In this document: in pieces, positions 9,401 to 17,377 of the stretch
Numbering within the stretch: position 1 is the stretch's first letter
How the letters are laid out: each line of letters opens with the position of its first letter
Origin: Myxococcota bacterium
GTDB taxonomy: Bacteria > Myxococcota_A > UBA9160 > UBA6930
Direction: 5' to 3'
Assembly (NCBI GenBank): GCA_965223415.1
Contig: OZ245002.1
Location: 1,856,001-1,920,000, forward strand
DNA: 64,000 bases
Translations under genes and position numbers: made by a program
Notes under the pieces: model-generated
The model's database searches: none
Seen by the model: the letters and a program-made list of their open reading frames with translations, nothing else
Told to the model about the DNA's origin: nothing

Positions 9401-9911
9401 CGGGCCCACCCCGTTTTCCGGTGCGAATCTCTGGCTCGAACCGGTCGAGCACACCGGGAACACCAGCTCCTCACCAGAGGAGGTCGAACACATCGCCCAG
9501 CTCGTAGAGGCGCTTGTGAGGCCGGGGATCGAATGGGTCGACTTCCATGGCGTTCAGCGGCCCCTCACCCACGAGGATCTCCGCATCGTCTCGCCGTACA
9601 ACGCCCAGGTCGCTGCTCTGAAGAGCGCTATTCCGGCGGCAGCGGAGAACATCGGAACCGTGGATCGCTTCCAGGGCCAGGAGGCCCCGGTGGTGATCTA
9701 CTCCATGACGACGAGCTCCACTGAGGAAGCCCCTCGCGGCCTGGAGTTCCTGTTCAGCCTGAACCGCCTGAACGTCGCTACCTCTCGCGCCCGCTGCACC
9801 TGCATCCTGGTTGCGAGCCCCTCCCTCCTCGACGCCGAGTGCAGGACGCCGCGACAGATGAAGCTGGTGAATGCGCTTTGCCGGTATCGGGAACTGGCCC
9901 GGACCGTGTAG
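6471..9911 (+). CDS. TM0106-family RecB-like nuclease / RNase H-like / SF1 helicase fusion
   Basis: LSASDL...GCQH, ADVLLR...DTKLA...QL (PD-D/ExK), CDICHWWSRC, DVFLDLEGDP, QGPPGTGKT, IDEAGQ, GDPQQL, GTVDRFQGQE and NRLNVATSRA. Confidence 0.9.
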   Translation: MRLQDEQLLLSASDLSAHLGCQHRTQLDRRAAIGELEAPPPDPMLAVLQVRGLAHEKAYVEHLERIRSIRRVALADSALDFDGMAATREAMASGADVITQAPLVEGRFRGVADVLLRIDRTSPVLGKWSYVVVDTKLATETRAGTVLQLCLYTRIVGEIQGLLPEEFWVVSPGGLESPERFRTTDYLAFARRIEQQVREAVDGALPEEPTAPEPVNECDICHWWSRCDKRRREADHLSFVAGISRLQRRELERVGISTLTALASAAFPFEPAPQRGSGESYERVHHQARVQRDSIGKAPVVEFLPEAGESGAEARRLGLARLPEPSPGDVFLDLEGDPFVEGGGREYLFGWVTIGDDGEPVYTARWALDAAAEKTAFETLIDTLLARWEQHPDFAVYHFGVYEPAALKRLMGRHATREEELDRLLRGERFVDLHAVVRESLRIGVETYGLKQLEAVHGFERDLELREATLHKHRFERALELETPDDAPEGSAEGVERYNRDDCVSTWRLRDWLEERRTERIEVSAELPRPVLGEGIPSEEQEERSAEIQALMNALLEGVPDARDARSPEEQARWTLAHLLEWHRREGKAGWWEFFRLADLRPSDLRDEKNGLVGLEFVSRTQEGRKLPVDRYQFPPQDHDVRPRRDLYAAKDVKLGTVEDIDLAARTVDVKKRRDSVDVHPEVVFAHENVPAKPIPAALQRLAQEVVENGVEGPGRFRAARDLLLGRPPRLRSGSTGELAHEGETTRESAVRLALDLAESVLPIQGPPGTGKTYTGARVVCELVRKGQKVGITGPSHKVIRNLLDELVKAAAEDHLNLSILQRVRQGTVTKGRPIQESDKSDCLSTALAAGEVDVAAGTVWAWAREDTEALVDTLIIDEAGQLSLANAIAASTGARNVILLGDPQQLEQPIQGSHPEGCDTSALEHLLGEHDTVPPDRGLFLDTTWRLHPSIRAFTSELFYEDRLLHHAQCEGQALIGPTPFSGANLWLEPVEHTGNTSSSPEEVEHIAQLVEALVRPGIEWVDFHGVQRPLTHEDLRIVSPYNAQVAALKSAIPAAAENIGTVDRFQGQEAPVVIYSMTTSSTEEAPRGLEFLFSLNRLNVATSRARCTCILVASPSLLDAECRTPRQMKLVNALCRYRELARTV

Positions 9912-10028
9912 CTGCCCTTCCCCCCAATCCCCGGGACCCGTCCGACCCAGCGATTCCCTTGCTCCTACCCCTCAGAGCGTGGACCCACGCGTCGATGGTC
10001 GCGCATTGCCGAAGCCCCAGACGGCGAG

Positions 10029-12824
10029 TCAAAGGGATAGAGCGGGGCGGTTGTGCTTGCGAAGGATCTCAGGCAGGTCGGAGGCCCGGAAGGAGACGTC
10101 CCAGGCCCAGCGGCCGAAACCGCCGTGCTCGTTGACGGCCTCGGCCCACTCGGCCAGGTAGCTGCGCTTGGTGCGCTCCTTCGGGGCGTCCTGGCCCTTC
10201 ACCTCGAGCACGAGCTTGGTGCCGTGGGTGAGCTGGATCAGGAAATCGGGCCGGTACTTGTGGACGCCACCCTGCCAGACGTAGACGACCTCGAAGCCGA
10301 GGTGGTCGTTCTTGACCCAGGTGGCGACGTTGTCGTCGTGATCCAGGGTGAAGGCCTCGGCCGCCTCCCAGGTGCTGTCGTAGACGCAGAAGTTGATGTG
10401 GGAGCGCTTGGTGTGCTCGCAGGGCTTGGCGGTGTACCAGGCGGGCATGTCCCCCGTGCTCCGCAAGGGGCGCTCGCGGTCCAGCACCAGGCGCCGTTCG
10501 ACGGCGTTCTCCGGGCGGATCCGGTCGAAGAGGTGCTGGACGATGCGGTTCATGTTGAGGGCCAGGAGCACCCGGCGCCGGAGAGGATCCTGGTCAAAGA
10601 TGGGCGGCTCGATTTGGACGCGCCGAGCCTCCAAGAAGCGCTGGACGATGCCGACGAGCTGGCCCAGCAGAGCCTCGCGGCCCCCCTGCCATCCAGGCTC
10701 GATCCGGTCGTACTCCTCTGCGGCGATCCGGAAGGCCAGGGTCTGGAGGCGATAGCGGCGGCCCAGGTCTTCGAGGTCAATCTTGGAGATCTTCGAGACG
10801 TCGGGCTTGCCCTCGACGGTGGGGGCCATCTCCACGAGCGTCGGGGTCTCGTAGGCGTCGAGCTTCAGTAGCGGGACGTCCTTCGGGTCGAGGACGAGTT
10901 TCTGGCCGTAGACCTGGTCGATGCGCACCACGTTCGGCCAGGAGATCTCGAACTCCTTCTTCTCCGGATCGGGCTCGACGCGAACCTTCGGCTTCTCGGG
11001 CGGCGGGGGCGTGGCATCCCCTCCCTCGTGGGGGAGGAAGGTGAAGGGCACCCCGAAGATGTTCACGTACTCGGGCCGGAAGAGGCCGTCGTCGCCCTGC
11101 TCGTAGGACGTGCGCCGCAGGCCTCGGCCGACCACCTGCTCGCAGAGCAGCTGGCTCGTGAAGGCGCGGAGGCCCAGGATGTGGGTCACGGTCTTGGCGT
11201 CCCAACCCTCGGAGAGCATCCCCACGGAGATCACCTTGCGGACCTGGGCGCCGAGCTTGCCGGGCTGGCCCACGGTGTCCACCGTCCCGCGCAGCAGCTC
11301 GGCGAGCTCGTCCTTGGTGAGCTTCTTCTTCGGCCCCTCGTCACCTTCCTCACTGGCCGGCGGGTCGTCTGCCGAGACCGGCTCCTCTTGCGCCTCGGCC
11401 TTCTCCAGCACCTTCGAGTCGATGTGGAGCGTGGTGTCGGGGTTGCAGAGCCCGGGGATGTCGATGCGTCCCCGGTCGAAGGCGTACTTGATCCGGGCGG
11501 CCGTCTCGGTCCGGTTGGCCACCGTGATCATCACCGGCGGGGTCGGAGCGCCGTCCGCCTCCCAGCGTTCGAAGGTCTCCTCCCAGTCGCGGCCGAGCAG
11601 GTAGTAGGCCGTGGTCACAAGGTCCGGGAGGTTCTCGTGGGGCTCGGCCTTGCGATTCAGGTCGTCGGCCACGTGCGGGTAGATGTGGAAAAGCTTCGGG
11701 CGGTAGGTCTGGGCGTCGAGTTCGCCCCATGAGCGCACGACCACGCGCGGCGTCTTCACCAGCCCGGACTCGATCGCGTCCGACAGACCGAAGTCGCTCA
11801 CGATCCACGAGAAGAGCGACTCCTCGGCGGCGCGCTTGCCGGTCGGGGTGAAGGGTGTGGCCGAGAAGTCGTAGCAGCCAAGGATCCCCCGGGCACGGTG
11901 GATGCGGTCCAAGCCGCCGACCCACTTGGTGGCCTCCTCGCGCTCAGCCTTGGTGGCCTTCACCGCCTCCCCGGCCGGAAGGCGCCAGGCGTGGTGGGCC
12001 TCGTCGTTCAAGACGAGCAGGTTGTGCGCGCCCGCCAGGTCGCCCAGCACCGCGCGTACGTAGGCCTCGTCGCTCTTCGGCCCCCGCTTGTCCACGCTGC
12101 GCTTCTTGGAGATCTGCTCGGCGCTCTGCCAGTCGAGCTTGTGCCAGTTGATGACCCGCACCTTGCCCTGGCGGAGCTTCTCCCTGAGGGCGGGCGGCAC
12201 CACGTCGAATCGGTCGTAGTAGTTGTCGGGGTCCTCGGGTTTCAAGACCTCCAGGCGGTTGCGGACGGTGAGCCCCGGCGCGACTACGAGGACGCTCCTG
12301 GCGAAGCGGCGATCCTGGGGGTTCGCCACCTTATTGAGCACGTGCCAAGCCACCACCATGGCCATGACGATGGTCTTGCCGCTGCCGGTCGCCATCTTGG
12401 CGCACAGGCGCGAGAAGCCGCCGCCGTCGCCGTCGATCTCGATGCCCTGCCGGTCCGCCGCGGGGGCCTCGGTGAGCCAGATCAGGGTCTCCACCGCCTC
12501 CAGCTGACAAAAGAAGAAGCGGCGGCTCTCGAAGGTCTCCGGATCCTGCCAGTGTTCAAGGAGGCGCTTCGTGATGCCCGAGACGCCGGGATACCCAGCC
12601 GCCCGCCAAGCCGCTACGCGGGGGCGGATCTGGTTCACGAGCGGCAGCTCGATGAAGGTTCCCGGGTCCTGGAAGGAGTCGAGGCCCGGCGTGGCCACCA
12701 CGTAGCCCGCCGGTCGCCGGCCCGCGACGCGCTGGAACTTCTTCGCCTCGTGGACGTAGCCCCAGTGCTCCTTGGGCTCGTCGAAGGGCGTGTTGATGAT
12801 AAGGTGGTCGATGCCTTCGGCCAC
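10029..12824 (-). CDS. Type III-like restriction enzyme Res subunit (SF2 helicase plus PD-(D/E)xK nuclease)
   Basis: KMATGSGKT, NDEAHH, SATP, LSEGWD, QVVGRGLRR and C-terminal YRPDFLI...LEVKG. Confidence 0.9.
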   Translation of the reverse strand: MAEGIDHLIINTPFDEPKEHWGYVHEAKKFQRVAGRRPAGYVVATPGLDSFQDPGTFIELPLVNQIRPRVAAWRAAGYPGVSGITKRLLEHWQDPETFESRRFFFCQLEAVETLIWLTEAPAADRQGIEIDGDGGGFSRLCAKMATGSGKTIVMAMVVAWHVLNKVANPQDRRFARSVLVVAPGLTVRNRLEVLKPEDPDNYYDRFDVVPPALREKLRQGKVRVINWHKLDWQSAEQISKKRSVDKRGPKSDEAYVRAVLGDLAGAHNLLVLNDEAHHAWRLPAGEAVKATKAEREEATKWVGGLDRIHRARGILGCYDFSATPFTPTGKRAAEESLFSWIVSDFGLSDAIESGLVKTPRVVVRSWGELDAQTYRPKLFHIYPHVADDLNRKAEPHENLPDLVTTAYYLLGRDWEETFERWEADGAPTPPVMITVANRTETAARIKYAFDRGRIDIPGLCNPDTTLHIDSKVLEKAEAQEEPVSADDPPASEEGDEGPKKKLTKDELAELLRGTVDTVGQPGKLGAQVRKVISVGMLSEGWDAKTVTHILGLRAFTSQLLCEQVVGRGLRRTSYEQGDDGLFRPEYVNIFGVPFTFLPHEGGDATPPPPEKPKVRVEPDPEKKEFEISWPNVVRIDQVYGQKLVLDPKDVPLLKLDAYETPTLVEMAPTVEGKPDVSKISKIDLEDLGRRYRLQTLAFRIAAEEYDRIEPGWQGGREALLGQLVGIVQRFLEARRVQIEPPIFDQDPLRRRVLLALNMNRIVQHLFDRIRPENAVERRLVLDRERPLRSTGDMPAWYTAKPCEHTKRSHINFCVYDSTWEAAEAFTLDHDDNVATWVKNDHLGFEVVYVWQGGVHKYRPDFLIQLTHGTKLVLEVKGQDAPKERTKRSYLAEWAEAVNEHGGFGRWAWDVSFRASDLPEILRKHNRPALSL

Positions 12825-12831
12825 GGTGCCC

Positions 12832-15525
12832 TCAGTCCAGCGGGATCACGCGGAGGGACTCGATCCCTCGGTCGTCCACGATCTTGACCGCGATGCGTCC
12901 GTGGGCGCCCTTGGCGAAGGGCAGCGACACGGTGCCCCGGTACGCCTCAATGGCCTCCTCGTCGATCTCCGCCTTCAGACTTCGGGCTATCCGCGCCCAG
13001 CCGTCCTTGGGCCCCGCCATGGGAAAGAACATCTGGCGCGGGTAGAGGCTGCGGCCGTCGTAGTCGGTATCGAGCATCCAGAGCGCGATCTTGGCCACGT
13101 CGCCGCTGTCGAGCTTGCCAGTCCGCGTGTCGTAGTAGTCGAAGCCGTGGATCTCCACCTCGAGTAGGCCCTTGTGCTCATACTCAGCCGCGTTCCGCAC
13201 CTCGACGTCCGGCTGGCCGACCAGCCAGAAGGACTCGTTGCTGGCGCGCTTCTTCTTCAGGTCCTCCGTGAGAAGATCCGGGTTCATCTGCGCCTTGAGG
13301 AGCGTCATCCCCACCTTCGAAGGAGTCAGCTCGTCGATGTCCTTGGCTGCCTCCGGGTCGAACTGGAAGGCGGCGAAGACCAGGAGCCCCGGCTTGGGCG
13401 CGAGCGTCCGCGCCTCTTCCCAAGCGGACTCCACCGCCCGTTGCTCCAGTGGCGCGTGCTCGGGACCGAAGTGGATCACTACGCGCTCCGGCTTGCCCTC
13501 CTCGCCCGGATCGGTCTCCGCCTCGGCGTGAAGCCAGCGTGTCCCCTGGAGGGGCTCGACGCGAGTGAAGCGGATGCGCTGCCCGGTGCGGCCCCGGATC
13601 CCGGTCTTGAGCAGCTCCTCCCGCCACTCGGCGTGGCGCAGGGTCTCGCCCTGGCGCGCCACCGAGGAGTCTGCCGGCGCGGGTGCCCCCTCGGAAGCCG
13701 CCTCGGCCGCGGCCTCTACTGCGGCCTCATCCACGGGCTTCACCACCGGCGCGGGGACAGCCTCCACGGTGAAGGGCCCTGCGATCCGTGCCTTACTCTT
13801 GTCGACGAGCGGCTGGTCGTAAAGGGTCTCTTGGTCCGCGTACTTGGCGATCGCCGCATCGATCTCCTCGCGGCTCATGCCCTCAGTGATCTCTGGATTG
13901 TTGGCGATGCTTTTCAGGGTGATGTGGGGAACAGTCTTGTATACGAAACCGCTCCCGACGCCTTCGTCAGGGTGTTTCAGCTCATAGAAGTCGTACAGAG
14001 CCGTCGCCAAGCGCTGCTTCGCCAGAGCAGTGGCGACTCTCGAGGTGTCGCACGTGGCCCAGCGCCGACCCCATTGTTCGGCCACGTAAGCCGTGGTTCC
14101 GGAGCCGCAAGTAGGATCGAAGACGAGGTCACCGGGGTCCGTTGTCATGAGGACGCAACGCGCGATGACCTTCGTGACGGTCTGAACAACGTAAACGTTC
14201 GGCTCGAGAAAACTCCCAGCGCCGGTATCCGTCCAGACGTTTGTGAGCGGAAGGACGGGGAAATCCGCGAGATAGCGAACGTAACGAAGCGAATTGGTGG
14301 TCGGATGTAGTCGCCCAGCAGCGGAGAGCCTGTCAAGCCCCTCAGGATTGGTCGTCTTCCAGCGCTGGTTGTACTTCTTGCCCGCGTGGGTGTACTCGGA
14401 GCGCGGGTTCTCAGATTCGAGAGACGTCGGTTGAAAAACCCTCGCGCCATGGGGGATTCCCGAAGGACCCTCACGCTCCGTGGCTGCCATCGGCCTGCGG
14501 TGACCGCCAACCTCGAGATACCGATAGCCCGAATCACCGCCAGTGCGCTTCTCGAAGTACAGCTGATTGAACTTCACCTTCCTGGCATCGCGGGCGTACC
14601 AGATCAAGAAGTCAGACGTACCGGGAAGCAACGATTGCGAAAGGCCTCCGGTCTTCTGAACGACGATGACCTTCACGAAATTCTTGTAGCCGAAGACCTC
14701 ATCGAGAAGCTCTCTCACGTGGTGCAGGTTCTCATCGCTGATCTGAACGAAGCAGCTACCACTTTCGTGGAGAAGGTCCCTAGCCAGTAGCAGCCGGTCG
14801 CGGAGGTACGTAAGGTACGAATGGAGGCCCAACTCCCAGGTGTCGCGGAAGGCCCGGATGGTTTCCGGCTCTTGGGTCAAATCCTCATCCTTCCCGTCCT
14901 TCACTACCCGGCGGTTCACAAAGGGCTGGAAATTGCTCCCGTACCGGATGCCGTAGGGCGGGTCGATGTAGATCATCTGAACCTTGCCGCCCATGCCCTC
15001 CTTCTCGAGCAGCGAACTCATGACGAGGAGCGAATCACCGGCAATCAGGCGGTTGGTCCAGCCATGGGGGTGCTTGTAGAACTCGAGGGCCTCGCGAAGG
15101 GGTGGATTCTCCTCGGGCTTCTCGAAGAGCGCGAGCTGGCTGGGGCCGGTCTGCGAGGCCCCGCCGCCGCCCGCCGGATAGGCGCCGTTCCGCTTGCGCA
15201 CAGCGGACAGGATGGTCTTCGGGTCCATGCGCTCGTGGACGTGGAGCGAGACCGTGGGGACCTCGAAGCTCGTGTGCTCCGCCTTCCCAGCCCACTGGAG
15301 CGAGGGGTCGAGATGCGGGTCGTAGGCGTAGGCCTTGCGGGCGGGCTCCGGCGGGTCGGTCTCCGGAGTGACCAGGCCGACCGGCGGGTTGTTGGCCCGC
15401 TTCTCGTGCGTGTGCTGGTACTGCTCGATGGGCTTCTTGCCGCCGGCCGCCTTCTTGCGGCGGCCGCCGCTGGCCTTCCGGGTTCCGGTCGCCTTGCCTC
15501 CGCCGGTCTTCTTGCGCGCCGCCAT
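12832..15525 (-). CDS. Type III-like adenine DNA methyltransferase (Mod)
   Basis: YIDPPYG (motif IV) precedes DPTCGSGTT (motif I), the beta-class order. Lies directly upstream of Res. Start taken as ATG 15525 (MAARKK). Confidence 0.92.
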   Translation of the reverse strand: MAARKKTGGGKATGTRKASGGRRKKAAGGKKPIEQYQHTHEKRANNPPVGLVTPETDPPEPARKAYAYDPHLDPSLQWAGKAEHTSFEVPTVSLHVHERMDPKTILSAVRKRNGAYPAGGGGASQTGPSQLALFEKPEENPPLREALEFYKHPHGWTNRLIAGDSLLVMSSLLEKEGMGGKVQMIYIDPPYGIRYGSNFQPFVNRRVVKDGKDEDLTQEPETIRAFRDTWELGLHSYLTYLRDRLLLARDLLHESGSCFVQISDENLHHVRELLDEVFGYKNFVKVIVVQKTGGLSQSLLPGTSDFLIWYARDARKVKFNQLYFEKRTGGDSGYRYLEVGGHRRPMAATEREGPSGIPHGARVFQPTSLESENPRSEYTHAGKKYNQRWKTTNPEGLDRLSAAGRLHPTTNSLRYVRYLADFPVLPLTNVWTDTGAGSFLEPNVYVVQTVTKVIARCVLMTTDPGDLVFDPTCGSGTTAYVAEQWGRRWATCDTSRVATALAKQRLATALYDFYELKHPDEGVGSGFVYKTVPHITLKSIANNPEITEGMSREEIDAAIAKYADQETLYDQPLVDKSKARIAGPFTVEAVPAPVVKPVDEAAVEAAAEAASEGAPAPADSSVARQGETLRHAEWREELLKTGIRGRTGQRIRFTRVEPLQGTRWLHAEAETDPGEEGKPERVVIHFGPEHAPLEQRAVESAWEEARTLAPKPGLLVFAAFQFDPEAAKDIDELTPSKVGMTLLKAQMNPDLLTEDLKKKRASNESFWLVGQPDVEVRNAAEYEHKGLLEVEIHGFDYYDTRTGKLDSGDVAKIALWMLDTDYDGRSLYPRQMFFPMAGPKDGWARIARSLKAEIDEEAIEAYRGTVSLPFAKGAHGRIAVKIVDDRGIESLRVIPLD

Positions 15526-15711
15526 CGGTCCCCCGTCTGCTCTCCGCGGGCCATTGTACCGCCCACGGGTGTGAAACTGCTGAGAACCTGGGGGACAGGC
15601 CACCGCCACGGCCTGGAATGCGTCCTGGTTCTGCGAGCGGATCGCCAGCCTAGGGCCCCTCAGCTTGCTCGGACCCACCGCCTGGTTCTCGCCGCAAGAT
15701 AGAATGCTCGC

Positions 15712-16644
15712 ATGCCCAGCGGTGATCTGGACATGCGCGTGCGGCTCGCGGCGTTCGAGTACCTCAGCGAGCTAGTGCGAATCCATGGCGAGGTGGTACC
15801 CGCTGGAGCGTTGCGCCAGGGATTCGAATACCAGGGACAACGCGTCCCGCTGAAGGGAATCCAAGGGATCTTCAAGCCTGCCGTGCTGCCTGAGCTCCCG
15901 CTTTCCATCACGACGGCGCCACCGGACCCTCGCCGGCCGGCGCCATATGACGACGGATTCACAGCTGATGGCTCGCTGCTCCTGTACCGCTACCGGGGCA
16001 CCGATCCTCAGCACCACGAAAACGTCGGCCTGCGGCGGGCCATGCAGGCGCGCCGACCTCTCGTCTACTTCCACGGGGTGGTGAAGGGGGAGTACTTCGC
16101 GGCCTGGCCGGTGTATGTGGTGGGCGACGAACCGGGGGCCCTGCGGTTCCAGGTGGCAGTGGATGACGCCCACTACCTGAGCGAGGGCTTGGAGGCGGTC
16201 GGTGAGGGTGGCGAGGAAGCCCGCAGGGGTTACATCACGGTCACGACCCGCCAGCGGCTCCACCAGCGCTCCTTCCGGCTACGGGTCCTGCGGGCATATC
16301 GCGAGCGCTGCGCCCTCTGCCGGCTGCAGCATCAGCAGCTTCTCGATGCAGCGCACATCATGCCCGACGCTGATCCTCTCGGAGCTCCGGTCGTCCCCAA
16401 CGGCCTGGCCCTCTGCAAACTGCACCACGCCGCCTTTGACCAGAACTTCATCGGGATCCGGCCCGACCTGGTCGTTCAGGTTCGCCGGGACATCCTCGAC
16501 GAGGAGGACGGCCCGATGCTGATTCACGGCCTGCAGGGTTTCCACGAGCGCCGGATCCTCGTCCCCCGCCGTGCCGAGGAGCGCCCGCAACCGCAACTGC
16601 TCGAGGAGCGCTACCGCAGGTTTCTGGCCGCCTCTCCCGGCTAG
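15712..16644 (+). CDS. HNH endonuclease with N-terminal SRA/PUA-like domain (putative modification-dependent restriction)
   Basis: C-terminal CALC...LDAAHI...NGLALCKLHHAAFD. N-terminal GIFKP...YDD...YRYRG...N.GLR region. Confidence 0.8.
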   Translation: MPSGDLDMRVRLAAFEYLSELVRIHGEVVPAGALRQGFEYQGQRVPLKGIQGIFKPAVLPELPLSITTAPPDPRRPAPYDDGFTADGSLLLYRYRGTDPQHHENVGLRRAMQARRPLVYFHGVVKGEYFAAWPVYVVGDEPGALRFQVAVDDAHYLSEGLEAVGEGGEEARRGYITVTTRQRLHQRSFRLRVLRAYRERCALCRLQHQQLLDAAHIMPDADPLGAPVVPNGLALCKLHHAAFDQNFIGIRPDLVVQVRRDILDEEDGPMLIHGLQGFHERRILVPRRAEERPQPQLLEERYRRFLAASPG

Positions 16645-17377
16645 GGCGACGCCAGCGCGGGCGAGAACCGAAATCGACGGGACGTAGCCAGACCGCGTCT
16701 CGGCCGAGATTGGAGGTAAGTCAGTCGCGACTTGCCGATGTAGGAACCCTTCGACGAAATCGTTGTCGAACCAAGCGGTTCGCCGGAAGTTGACTTGCTC
16801 TTATCTTGCTGAATGCCGATCCCGGCAGTGGTCTGGGGCTACGGCAAGATAAGAGTGGCCCAACGGGCGGCGAAGTCCTTGACCCCGCGTTGGATTTCGT
16901 GGGCCACTCGCTGCGGAGTGGGCCACTTCGGCCCACACGCGGAACGCGCCCGAACCGCACTACTTCGTTGCAGTCGAACCGCAAAGAGGGCGCCGGTAGA
17001 GCCGCGCCATCGCAGCCGATCGACACGCGGTTGGCATCTGTCGCTACCGCACGACGACAGGCTCGCACGCAGCACTCGGCACTGATCTTGTGTGGCGGGC
17101 ACGCACTGGTGGTCGCTGGCTCCCGACGGAGAGCCAGTCGAGCGCGCCGCCACTACGGCGTCTGAGCGGTAGCCACGACGGCACGAGCACTTGCGCGGCG
17201 AGCGCCCGGCTGGCCGCAACGGCACGGCTCTTGCTCTCTCCCTCCACACCTCCCCCGGATGCGGGGGAAGTGTGGAGGCAACAGCCAGCAAGCAGCGAGG
17301 GGATGCCTGAGATGGCGTCGGCTGCCTTGCTGCTCTCCAGCCGGAAGGGCGTCTCCCCTGCGGTACGATGGCAGCTC

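Noticed and set aside
16721..17291. Small ORFs upstream of the integrase as excisionase or regulator
   Set aside because: No HTH or AlpA-like pattern, no clear RBS and atypical codon usage.
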